From Fidelibacterota bacterium (GTDB lineage Bacteria; Fidelibacterota; Marinisomatia; Marinisomatales; UBA1611), in the NCBI GenBank assembly GCA_029936885.1, contig JAPYRR010000005.1:1-48521 (forward strand): 48,521 nucleotides of DNA, read 5' to 3'. A program made the translations under genes and the position numbers. The notes under the pieces were generated by a model. That model made no database searches. It was not told where the DNA came from and worked only from the letters and a program-made list of their open reading frames with translations. Of the stretch, positions 29,043 to 38,175 are shown piece by piece. Position 1 is the stretch's first letter. The number at the start of each line of letters is the position of its first letter.

Positions 29043-29471
29043 TTATTTATTATATTTACGTTGCGCTCTCAAAAGCCGGACATTGGCTTTCTTATTTTCA
29101 CCATCCTGCATCAACGATACAACGCGCAATGCTTCCATAACTGGAATATTCAGATTATCAGAATTAGAATAGAATGCATCCATATGGAGGGCCAGGATCT
29201 TCAAATTATAACCCACTTCCTGGGAACGGTATTCATCGGCGATCTCATAAAATCGTTCAATATAATAGTGTTCCACCCAATTTTTATCATGAAGAAATTG
29301 TTTTCGCACTTCTGCTTGATGATGAGATTTCAACTTAGCGATTGCCCCGTAAGCGCCATTGATAAAAGCGATCTTTTCTTCCTGGGAATAGCCCTTCCAG
29401 AAATCGGCCGGGGTTGAATTCTGAGCCCAAATGGCTGTGATAAATAAAAGGGATAAAAGTCGGTTTATCAT
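29043..29471 (-). CDS. Exported hypothetical protein
   Basis: Signal peptide (AIWA|Q); 4-nt overlap with nadE stop. Confidence 0.8.
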   Translation of the reverse strand: MINRLLSLLFITAIWAQNSTPADFWKGYSQEEKIAFINGAYGAIAKLKSHHQAEVRKQFLHDKNWVEHYYIERFYEIADEYRSQEVGYNLKILALHMDAFYSNSDNLNIPVMEALRVVSLMQDGENKKANVRLLRAQRKYNK

Positions 29472-31081
29472 TTTTTCTTGCCTATATAATGATTCACAAT
29501 TGGAAACCGACGACCCACACCAAATGCCTTGGAAGAGACACGTAATCCCGGAGCAGCTTGTCGTCTTTTATATTCATTGATTCTAATTTTTTGATAAAGA
29601 GAATTTACTAATTCCATATCAGCGCCATCTTTGATCAATTCTGCCGGCGATTTCCTGTCTTCAACAATTGCATCCACCAACGGACTCACCACTTCATAAT
29701 CAAAAGGGTCAACTTGGTCTGGTGCCAACTCTGCCGAGGGCGGCTTTGAGATGCTTCCATGTGGAATTCTTCCAGCATTTTGAGAATTAACCCATTTTGC
29801 CAAGGTATACACATCGGATTTGCTTAAGTCTGAGATTACCGCTAATCCACCACTCATATCGCCATAAAGAGTGCAATAGCCCAAGGCTAATTCTGTTTTA
29901 TTTCCCGTGGACAAAACCATCCAACCGAATTTATTGGAAAGTGCCATGAGCAAGTTTCCTCGAGCTCGGGCCTGGAGATTCTCTTCCGCAACATTGGGCT
30001 CCAATCCAAGAAAATGGGGATGCAATACTGTTTCCAATCCTTCCACTGCTTCCTGGATTGGAATGATCCTATAGTCAATACCCAGATTTTCAGCCAATGC
30101 TTGCGCATCAGATAAACTGTGATCGCTTGAATATTTGGATGGGAGCGATATTCCATGTACATTTTCTGCTCCAAGTGCATCTGTAGCAATGGCAGCAACC
30201 AAGGCACTATCGATTCCGCCGGACAATCCCAATACAGCTTCGGTGTGTCCGGTTTTCTTAAAATAATCTGACACACCGAGACACAAAGCTCGAAACATCT
30301 TTTCTTCTCGGGGCTGCACTCTAATTTTAATCGGTTTATTGGATTCAATATCTACTAAAATTAGGTCTTCCTTAAAGGCAGCGCCTTGACCCAGACAATC
30401 TCCATTTGCAGAAAAGACTAAGGATTCGCCGTCAAAGATCAATTCGTCTTGGGCACCTACCATGTTACAATAAATAAATGGGAGTCCCGTTTCTTTAACT
30501 TTATTCTGAATTAAATTACACCTTTTGACCAATCTCCCTTCATGGTATGGAGATGCAGAAATATTAATAATTAATTCTGCGCCCATATTTTTTTGCATTT
30601 GACTGACCTTACAATCATAATCCTGATCCCAAAGGTCTTCACAAATCTGAACGCCAATTTTGACTTGTTTTCCTCGAACCGGAACAGAAATTACTTTCGG
30701 TTCGTCTCCGCTGGTAAAATACCGATCATCATCGAATACATCATATGTGGGAAGTAAAATTTTGTCTGAAGTGGATTGAAGTTTTCCAGCATAACAAACT
30801 GCAGCAGAATTGAATATTTTGCCATTCTCTTTTCTTACAAATCCAATAATTATAGGAATGGAAGATATGGATGCAATTTCAATTAGGATTAATAAGTTTT
30901 GGTCAATAAATCCATCTTCCCAAAGTAAATCTTGAGGGGGATAACCTGTTATTATCATTTCAGGAAATACAGCAATATCAGCCTTTAGATCAATACTTTT
31001 CCTATACTTCTTTAATATTATATTTTTGTTATTTTCAAAAGCACCAACTGTTGGATTGATTTGGCAAATAGCAATTTTCAT
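29468..31081 (-). CDS. nadE: Glutamine-dependent NAD+ synthetase
   Basis: CN-hydrolase domain (FPE, K.LLP.YDVFD, ICED.W) + GLSGGIDS, TGNKTE, KPPSAEL, EYKRRQAAPG. Confidence 0.96.
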   Translation of the reverse strand: MKIAICQINPTVGAFENNKNIILKKYRKSIDLKADIAVFPEMIITGYPPQDLLWEDGFIDQNLLILIEIASISSIPIIIGFVRKENGKIFNSAAVCYAGKLQSTSDKILLPTYDVFDDDRYFTSGDEPKVISVPVRGKQVKIGVQICEDLWDQDYDCKVSQMQKNMGAELIINISASPYHEGRLVKRCNLIQNKVKETGLPFIYCNMVGAQDELIFDGESLVFSANGDCLGQGAAFKEDLILVDIESNKPIKIRVQPREEKMFRALCLGVSDYFKKTGHTEAVLGLSGGIDSALVAAIATDALGAENVHGISLPSKYSSDHSLSDAQALAENLGIDYRIIPIQEAVEGLETVLHPHFLGLEPNVAEENLQARARGNLLMALSNKFGWMVLSTGNKTELALGYCTLYGDMSGGLAVISDLSKSDVYTLAKWVNSQNAGRIPHGSISKPPSAELAPDQVDPFDYEVVSPLVDAIVEDRKSPAELIKDGADMELVNSLYQKIRINEYKRRQAAPGLRVSSKAFGVGRRFPIVNHYIGKKK

Positions 31082-31350
31082 TTCACAATTTCAAAAGAAT
31101 GAAACTCATTTTTGCTCGGAAACCATTCAATACTTAATTTCTTTACTTTTGCCAATGGTGGACCATCTTGAAGCCATCCAGTCAATTCTGTTAGATTATC
31201 CATACTTCCTTCAGCAATGATCTCTACAGCATATGAAAAGAAGTTTTTGACCCAACCCGTTAAACCCAATTCCAATGCTTTGGTTTGAGTTTGTTTCCTA
31301 AACCAAACTCTCTGCACCTTTCCCGATACCATAATATGAATTCTATACAC
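31078..31350 (-). CDS. acyP: Acylphosphatase
   Basis: G.VQ.VWFR, GWVKN, VEIIAEG, GPPLAKV. Confidence 0.85.
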   Translation of the reverse strand: MYRIHIMVSGKVQRVWFRKQTQTKALELGLTGWVKNFFSYAVEIIAEGSMDNLTELTGWLQDGPPLAKVKKLSIEWFPSKNEFHSFEIVK

Positions 31351-31804
31351 GAGCTAATTCTCTATTAAGTTTTATAATGACGTCTTTAGGTGATTTAGCA
31401 TGGATTACATGCTTAATATCCCAAGTCTCGTACCCAATCACAGGTTTTTCTAATTGGAAGGCGTAAGCAATTTCACTCATGGTGCCGTATTTTCCGGATA
31501 TTGCAACTGCAGCATCACAATTGTAGGCAAGAACCGCGTTTCTTCCAATATCCATACCGGTTGCGATAGGAAGGGTTAAATAAGGGTTTCCTTCCTCTAA
31601 ATCACGACCTTTCAGGATTCCAATTACTGTGCCACTTTCTTCGGATACACCCTTGGCAATTGCTTCCATCACACCTTGTCCACCCCCACAAAAAACTATA
31701 TACTTTTCCTGGGCTAATAAACGACCAATTTCCACAGTATTTTTATACACTTCAGTCGTTATATCTCGCCCACCAAAAACTGAAATTCGTCCTTTAAATT
31801 CCAT
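31343..31804 (-). CDS. TIGR00725/LOG-like (SLOG) protein
   Basis: CGGGQGVMEA, TGMDIGRN, GKYGTMSEIAYA. Confidence 0.85.
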   Translation of the reverse strand: MEFKGRISVFGGRDITTEVYKNTVEIGRLLAQEKYIVFCGGGQGVMEAIAKGVSEESGTVIGILKGRDLEEGNPYLTLPIATGMDIGRNAVLAYNCDAAVAISGKYGTMSEIAYAFQLEKPVIGYETWDIKHVIHAKSPKDVIIKLNRELARV

Positions 31805-33099
31805 TAAGGTTCTAATCTTGTCATTGTTCTGGGGAAAGGAATTGTTTCACGGATATGTTTTGTTCCGCAAATCCAAGCCACTGTTCTTTCCAATCCAAGC
31901 CCAAATCCTGAATGAGGAACCGAACCGTACTTACGAAGATCTAAATACCATTTAAATGGCTCTAATGGTAAATCGTGATGACGAATTCTATCGATCAAAA
32001 TATCAATATCGTCTTCGCGTTGCCCCCCACCTACAATCTCACCATACCCTTCAGTAGCTATCATATCAACACCTAAAGCAAGATCATTGTTTTGCTCGTC
32101 TCGTTTCATGTAAAAAGCCTTTATTCCGGCAGGCCAACGATGAATCATCACAGGTTTATCAAAATGTTCTGATAAGAGCGTTTCATCTGGAGCACCAAAG
32201 TCTGAACCATATTTAAATTCACTTCCTTTATCTTTCAATATTTTGGCTGCTTCATCATAAGTGATTCGTGGGAATGGTGGTATAATAGCTTCCAGTTTTC
32301 CGATATCTCTTTCCAAGATTTTTAATTCTATTTGGCATTTTTCAAGGACTCGCTGAATAATAAAGCCAACCAGGTTTTCTGCCCAGGTCATGTTCTCATC
32401 CAATTCCACGAAAGCCATTTCCGGTTCCACCATCCAGAATTCTGTTAAATGGCGCCGTGTTTTAGATTTCTCTGCACGAAAAGTCGGCCCAAAACAATAA
32501 GTCTTTCCAAATGCAGTGGCGCCAGCTTCCTGATATAATTGTCCACTTTGGGTTAAAAAAGCAGTTCGTTCAAAATAATCCACTTTAAATAGCGTGGTAG
32601 TCCCTTCCACCGCGTTTCCGGTAAAAATGGGAGAATCGATCAATACAAATCCGTTGTCATCGAAAAAATCTCGGATCGCTTTTACGATTTGGTGACGGAC
32701 ACGCATGATTGCATTCTGCCGTTTGGAGCGCAACCATAAATGTCGATTCGACATAAGAAAATCAGCGCCATGCTCTTTTGGAGAAATTGGGAATTCTTCC
32801 GTAGAATGATTTATCACTTGAATCTCTTTGATTCCCAATTCGTATCCGCCAACGGATCTGGGTTCTTTTCGAACAGTCCCTTTGAGCATAACCGAATCTT
32901 CCTGGTTCAATTCTTGTTCCATATTAAATGATTCATCAGTGGCTTCGCCTTTTACAACCACGCCCTGAAGTAATCCCGTACCATCTCTAAAAATAAGAAA
33001 CCAGATCTTCCCAATATTTCTTGTGTTATGCACCCAACCTTTGAGAGTCACCTCCTGGCCTTCAAATTGCCCTAAATCTTTAATAGTTACTGTTTTCAT
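31804..33099 (-). CDS. asnS: Asparagine--tRNA ligase
   Basis: OB-fold GWV..R, RHLWLRS, FGPTFRAEKSKTRRHLTEFWM, GGGQRE, PHSGFGLGLER. Confidence 0.96.
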   Translation of the reverse strand: MKTVTIKDLGQFEGQEVTLKGWVHNTRNIGKIWFLIFRDGTGLLQGVVVKGEATDESFNMEQELNQEDSVMLKGTVRKEPRSVGGYELGIKEIQVINHSTEEFPISPKEHGADFLMSNRHLWLRSKRQNAIMRVRHQIVKAIRDFFDDNGFVLIDSPIFTGNAVEGTTTLFKVDYFERTAFLTQSGQLYQEAGATAFGKTYCFGPTFRAEKSKTRRHLTEFWMVEPEMAFVELDENMTWAENLVGFIIQRVLEKCQIELKILERDIGKLEAIIPPFPRITYDEAAKILKDKGSEFKYGSDFGAPDETLLSEHFDKPVMIHRWPAGIKAFYMKRDEQNNDLALGVDMIATEGYGEIVGGGQREDDIDILIDRIRHHDLPLEPFKWYLDLRKYGSVPHSGFGLGLERTVAWICGTKHIRETIPFPRTMTRLEP

Positions 33100-33118
33100 T
33101 TTATTATATCGTGTCCCT

Positions 33119-33679
33119 TTACCACGTTGTCATAATATCATTCAAAATATCTTCCGCAATTTTACGAACTGCAACCTTAGTAGCAAAGGCACGCGGTTCG
33201 CCAAATTCATCGTCATCATCTCCATCAATTTTACCATCATTATCATTATCAATACCATCAGATCCTATGTCTCCGCTTAAACCATAAGCACCAAATCCTG
33301 AATAAGTTCCTTCTAATAAATTCTTATCCTGTGACACATCGTACCAAGAAATTTTTACATCAATCTTGTAGCGAAATTCAGATACAGATTCTTGTTTGCT
33401 ATAGGTGTACGGGCCTTCACTTACTTTTTTAACAGTTCCTCTAAGAATAGAGTGAGCGCTCGATTCATTCACTAAATTTAATATCCCCGCTTCGTTAAAC
33501 TCAGTCAGTATCCCATCCGTGATATCTTCTGCTAATCCAAATTCAGCTGTCTCATTATCCATAAGTGGGATTGCAATTGACTTAATATGGGGCGGAATAG
33601 AACCTGCCATAGAATAAAAACCGCATGAGATATGGAAGATGGAAAATGTAAGAATTAAAATGTTTAGATAATTTTTCAT
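33119..33679 (-). CDS. lptE: LPS-assembly lipoprotein LptE-like
   Basis: Lipobox ISC, YS..GSIP.HIKSIAIP...N.T.E, C-terminal IAEDI...I; follows the sigma-54 activator as in FCB genomes. Confidence 0.75.
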   Translation of the reverse strand: MKNYLNILILTFSIFHISCGFYSMAGSIPPHIKSIAIPLMDNETAEFGLAEDITDGILTEFNEAGILNLVNESSAHSILRGTVKKVSEGPYTYSKQESVSEFRYKIDVKISWYDVSQDKNLLEGTYSGFGAYGLSGDIGSDGIDNDNDGKIDGDDDDEFGEPRAFATKVAVRKIAEDILNDIMTTW

Positions 33680-33680
33680 T

Positions 33681-34898
33681 TTAATTTCTTCGCTTTATTT
33701 TTGGATCCAAGCCAAATTCTTCAATCTTTCTATAAAGTGTTCTTTCACTCATACCTAAAGACCTTGCTGTTTTCCGTCTATTATTATTAAAAAACTTTAA
33801 AGATCGAGTAATAGCCTCTTCTTCCAAATCTTTAATTGACATATCACCTATGGCATCATCGCGAATCAATTTGTGTCCATCTTCCATTATTTCCATGGAT
33901 TTTTCTGGTAATGGCATTCCCATTTCGGATGGGGTTATTATTGGGAATTGAGTTCCAGTGGGTGGCACCTGTCCGCTCATTAACATTTTTTGAATGATTT
34001 CCGTGTCTTGTTTTAACATAAAAAGCTGTCTTAGAATAAGATCAATTTCAGCTTTATCAGATGATTGGTTTACGATTACAGGTAAAGCAGTGTTTTGAAT
34101 TGGATCTAAAGGTAATACATCCAATAATTCATTTTGCACTATTTCAGCTGTAATACGCTCCCCCTTTTGGAGTACAATTATTTTTTCAACAAAGTGTTTC
34201 AATTCACGAACATTTCCCGGCCATTCATATTGTTTCAACACACGAATTGCTTCAGGCATGAATCCTCTGTATAAAATGCCATTAGATCGGGTGAATTCCA
34301 GTGCAAAACGTTCTACCAATGGACCAATATCCTCTACGCGTTTTCGGAGAGCTGGCACATCAACGGTCACTGTTTTTAATCGATAATATAAATCTTGACG
34401 AAAATCTCCTTTTTTAACTAATTCACCTAAATTTTTATTGGTAGCAGCTATAACACGTACATCCGTATATCTCATCTTAACTTCACCAACTCTCATAAAT
34501 TCCCCACTCTCTAAAACCCGAAGTAATTTTACCTGAGTTTCTAATGGCGTTTCACCTATCTCATCCAGGAAGATGGTGCCCTTATGTGCTTCTTCAAAAT
34601 ATCCTTTCCTATCTTCACTAGCACCTGTAAAAGAACCCTTTTTGTGTCCAAATAATTCTGATTCAATTATGCCTTCTGGGATTGCACCACAATTCACCAC
34701 AACCATGGAATCATTCGATCGTTTGCTGGTTTTATGAATCGCTTTTGCAACCAATTCTTTACCTACACCCGATTCACCGGTAACGAGAACAGATATATCT
34801 ACCGGTGCCACTTGGGCTATCATTTCTAATACATGCTGTACACTATCGGAAGTCCCAATTATGCGAGATTGTTTTTGAAGTCTGTCTAAATCAATCAT
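33681..34898 (-). CDS. Sigma-54-dependent AAA+ transcriptional regulator with Fis HTH, no receiver domain
   Basis: GESGVGKE, ESELFGH.KGSFTGA, FLDEIGE, WPGNVREL, SERTLYRKI. Confidence 0.92.
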   Translation of the reverse strand: MIDLDRLQKQSRIIGTSDSVQHVLEMIAQVAPVDISVLVTGESGVGKELVAKAIHKTSKRSNDSMVVVNCGAIPEGIIESELFGHKKGSFTGASEDRKGYFEEAHKGTIFLDEIGETPLETQVKLLRVLESGEFMRVGEVKMRYTDVRVIAATNKNLGELVKKGDFRQDLYYRLKTVTVDVPALRKRVEDIGPLVERFALEFTRSNGILYRGFMPEAIRVLKQYEWPGNVRELKHFVEKIIVLQKGERITAEIVQNELLDVLPLDPIQNTALPVIVNQSSDKAEIDLILRQLFMLKQDTEIIQKMLMSGQVPPTGTQFPIITPSEMGMPLPEKSMEIMEDGHKLIRDDAIGDMSIKDLEEEAITRSLKFFNNNRRKTARSLGMSERTLYRKIEEFGLDPKIKRRN

Positions 34899-35860
34899 TT
34901 ATACACCTCCCAGGTTGAACGAATTAATGAATCTAAATCTGAATATTTTGGTGACCAATCCAGCACTTTTTGTGCTTTTTTGGATGCAGCAATCACAGTT
35001 GCCGGGTCCCCTGCCCGTCTTCCCGTAATTTCAAAAGGAATTTCTTTTTGAGATATTTCACGTGTTTTATGAATTACATCCATAACTGAATGTCCTTCTC
35101 CTGTTGCCAAATTCACCAAAATATTATTTTGCTTGGCATGGAGCATTTCCATCGATCTTACATGGGCTGTGGCTAAATCGTTCACATGAATATAGTCTCG
35201 AACACCGGTCCCATCCGATGTATCATAATCATTACCAAATACATTCATTGAACTACGCAACCCTGAAGCCACTTCCATGACAATGGGAATCAAGTTTTGA
35301 GGATTTTGTTCCTTTCCCTTTACCCTACCTTTCACATCATACCCTGCTGCATTAAAATAACGTAATATTGAAATACGAATTCCTTTTAAGTCGCTAAACC
35401 ATTTTAAATTTCTCTCAATCTGTAGTTTCGTTTCACCATAATAATTAATGGGTGATACAGGATGGTTTTCATCCATTGGGATGTATTGTGGATTGCCATA
35501 AACAGATGCGGTTGACGAAAAAACAAAATTTTTAATTCCATACCTGTCGCATGCATTCAACAAATTTATTGTGCCAATTAAATTATTATGGGCATATTTT
35601 GCTGGATTAATCATTGACTCTCCTGCAGCTTTCCATGCCGCCAAATGAATCACACCATCAAAGTTCATCGCCATTACAGAATCAAGATCCGAATCTGAAT
35701 GGGTACTTCCATTTACAAATGTGGACCTCGGATCTATATTCTCCTCTAATCCGAGAGACATATCATCAAGAATAGTCACGTCATTTCCTTGATCAATTAA
35801 TTCATAAACCACATGGGAACCAATATATCCTGCACCCCCTGTTACTAAAATTTTCATCAA
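34895..35860 (-). CDS. galE: UDP-glucose 4-epimerase
   Basis: TGGAGYIGSH, KAAGES, YGETK, LRYFNAAG, DGTGVRDYIHV.DLA.AH. Confidence 0.95.
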   Translation of the reverse strand: MMKILVTGGAGYIGSHVVYELIDQGNDVTILDDMSLGLEENIDPRSTFVNGSTHSDSDLDSVMAMNFDGVIHLAAWKAAGESMINPAKYAHNNLIGTINLLNACDRYGIKNFVFSSTASVYGNPQYIPMDENHPVSPINYYGETKLQIERNLKWFSDLKGIRISILRYFNAAGYDVKGRVKGKEQNPQNLIPIVMEVASGLRSSMNVFGNDYDTSDGTGVRDYIHVNDLATAHVRSMEMLHAKQNNILVNLATGEGHSVMDVIHKTREISQKEIPFEITGRRAGDPATVIAASKKAQKVLDWSPKYSDLDSLIRSTWEVYK

Positions 35861-37857
35861 ACTGTTATTCCTAAATCTTTTTCAAATTCTTCAATTTCAT
35901 CCCTAATGGATGCTGCTTTTTCAAATTCTAATTTTTCTGCTGATACAAGCATTGCTTTTCTCAGTTCTATTAAAATCATTTGTTTTTCAGCTTCAGGTAG
36001 AAGATCTTTGTCATAACCGGGTACATACACATCTTCTTTCTTTTGCCTTGAATCTGCCACCGCTGTTGAAATCAAAATATCATCTACTGACTTATAAATG
36101 GTTCTTGGTGTTATATCGTGGTCCTTATTGAATTTTTCTTGAATTTTTCTTCTTTGATATGTCGTAACTACAAGATATTTCATGGCATCTGTTGTTTTAT
36201 CTCCATATAGAATAACAAGCCCACCAATGTTTCGTGCGGCTCGCCCTGCCACCTGAAGTAATGAACTTTTGGATCTAAGGAACCCTTCCTTATCAGCATC
36301 CAATACCGCCACTAGACTTACTTCGGGAAGGTCCAATCCTTCTCTAAGAAGATTGATTCCAACTAATACATCGAATTCGCCCATTCTTAATTCTCGCAAA
36401 ATTTGAACCCTATCTAATGTCACAATATCTGAATGAAGATACTTAACTCGTATATTAAGTCCAGCTAAATAATCTGTTAAATCTTCTGCCATTCGTTTTG
36501 TCAAAGTTGTTACAAGTATTCGTTCATTTCGTTTTGCACGGTAACGAATCTCACTAACGAGATCATCGATTTGACCTTGCGATTCTCGAATATCGACTTC
36601 CGGGTCTAATATTCCGGTTGGACGAATAATTTGTTCAATAACCACCCCTTTTGTCAGTTCCATTTCTCGATGGGATGGGGTTGCCGATGTAAAAATTATT
36701 TGCTTCTGGGCTTTAAAGAATTCATCATATTTCAAAGGTCGATTATCTAAGGCACTTGGGAGTCTGAATCCATGTTCCACCAACGTTTCTTTTCGCGCCC
36801 TGTCCCCATTATACATCCCTTGGATCTGTGGTAGCGTAACATGTGATTCATCTAAGATTGTAAGTGAATTTTTAGGAAAAAAGTCCTGCAATGTATAGGG
36901 CGTATCTCCCGGTGCGCGATCCGCAAAATACCGTGAATAATTTTCGATTCCAGAGCAATAGCCTAATTCAAACATCATTTCAATATCAAAATTGGTTCGT
37001 TGTTCTAATCTCTGGGCTTCCAATAATTTGTTATGACTCCGAAGAAAATCCAATCGCTCGTTTAATTCCTGGCGAATTTCACCAATGACCCGTAATGTTG
37101 TTTCTTTATCTGTAACAAAATGCTTAGCGGGAAAAATAACAGCAGTATGAATTATTTCCTTAATTTCTCCAGAAATTGGATCAAATTTTGTGATTGAATC
37201 CACATCTGAACCAAACATTTCGATCCGAATACATGCATCTTCGTAAGCAGGGAACACTTCAATAACATCGCCGCGAACACGAACATTGCCCCGTTCTAAA
37301 ACTTGATCATTCCTTGAATAATGAATATTGATTAGCTTAGATAAAAATGAACGACGATTCAGTAAATCACCTTTGGAAATGGTCACGGAACCTTTATTGT
37401 ATTCTTCAGGTGAACCGATGCCATAAATACAAGATACAGAACTGACCACAATCACATCTTCCCTTGCCATAAGTGAACTGGTAGTTTTGAGCCGGAGTTT
37501 ATCAATCTCCTCATTTACTGACATATCTTTTTCGATGAAGGTATCGCTCACGGGTAAATAGGCTTCCGGCTGATAATAATCATAATAGGAAATAAAAAAC
37601 TCCACCGCATTATCCGGGAAGAGCTGCTTGAATTCACCATACAACTGGGCTGCCAAGGTTTTATTGTGGCTCATGATCAAGGTTGGTTTTTGCACTGCCT
37701 GGATCACATTAGCCATGGTAAATGTTTTCCCTGAGCCTGTGACACCCAGCAAGGTCTGATATTCTTCACCACAGTTAATTCCCTTTACCAATTCATCAAT
37801 GGCTTGAGGCTGATCTCCCTGTGGCGTGAAATCGGAGTTAATTCTGAACTCTGCCAT
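35857..37857 (-). CDS. uvrB: Excinuclease ABC subunit B
   Basis: GDQP.AI, GVTGSGKT, SYYDYYQPEAY, GFRLPSALDNRPL, C-terminal UVR motif. Confidence 0.98.
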   Translation of the reverse strand: MAEFRINSDFTPQGDQPQAIDELVKGINCGEEYQTLLGVTGSGKTFTMANVIQAVQKPTLIMSHNKTLAAQLYGEFKQLFPDNAVEFFISYYDYYQPEAYLPVSDTFIEKDMSVNEEIDKLRLKTTSSLMAREDVIVVSSVSCIYGIGSPEEYNKGSVTISKGDLLNRRSFLSKLINIHYSRNDQVLERGNVRVRGDVIEVFPAYEDACIRIEMFGSDVDSITKFDPISGEIKEIIHTAVIFPAKHFVTDKETTLRVIGEIRQELNERLDFLRSHNKLLEAQRLEQRTNFDIEMMFELGYCSGIENYSRYFADRAPGDTPYTLQDFFPKNSLTILDESHVTLPQIQGMYNGDRARKETLVEHGFRLPSALDNRPLKYDEFFKAQKQIIFTSATPSHREMELTKGVVIEQIIRPTGILDPEVDIRESQGQIDDLVSEIRYRAKRNERILVTTLTKRMAEDLTDYLAGLNIRVKYLHSDIVTLDRVQILRELRMGEFDVLVGINLLREGLDLPEVSLVAVLDADKEGFLRSKSSLLQVAGRAARNIGGLVILYGDKTTDAMKYLVVTTYQRRKIQEKFNKDHDITPRTIYKSVDDILISTAVADSRQKKEDVYVPGYDKDLLPEAEKQMILIELRKAMLVSAEKLEFEKAASIRDEIEEFEKDLGITV

Positions 37858-37864
37858 AATGTCT

Positions 37865-37894
37865 AAATTACGGCATTTTACTGACGGGGGTCAA
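37865..37894 (-). promoter_or_regulatory. Putative sigma-70-type promoter of uvrB giving a (near-)leaderless mRNA
   Basis: TTGACC-N18-TAATTT-N7-ATG; no Shine-Dalgarno. Confidence 0.5.
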
Positions 37895-38019
37895 TGGCAG
37901 ACTTTAATTAGATTTTGATAAGGATTTGGGAGTTTGGAGATTGGATTAGGCAAAATAAAAATGATTATATATTTGGTTAAAAGTTAGATTATTATCCAAC
38001 CTTGTTTTTAGATTTCATC

Positions 38020-38139
38020 ATGACCATGAACCAATTTATTGTTTCTCTTGAAAATGAAATTCCACCGAATGGGATTTCCCAATTATTGGAAGCACTATGG
38101 TGGGAGAAAAAAGGTGAATTTCCATTTTCGATGAATTGA
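38020..38139 (+). pseudogene. Truncated N-terminal fragment of a small conserved hypothetical protein (39 codons)
   Basis: MTMNQFIVSLENEIPPNGISQLLEALWWEKKGE matches, from memory, the start of the F..SL....PP..S..L.ALW...KG.W..AH family, then degenerates to a stop. Confidence 0.55.
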
Positions 38140-38175
38140 TAAATAAACAAAAAACTAAATGGGTTTTAATTCTGA

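Noticed and set aside
33681-34898. GSFTGA instead of GAFTGA and no receiver domain in the sigma-54 activator
   Set aside because: A common variant, and this receiver-less activator next to lptE is a familiar FCB-group arrangement.
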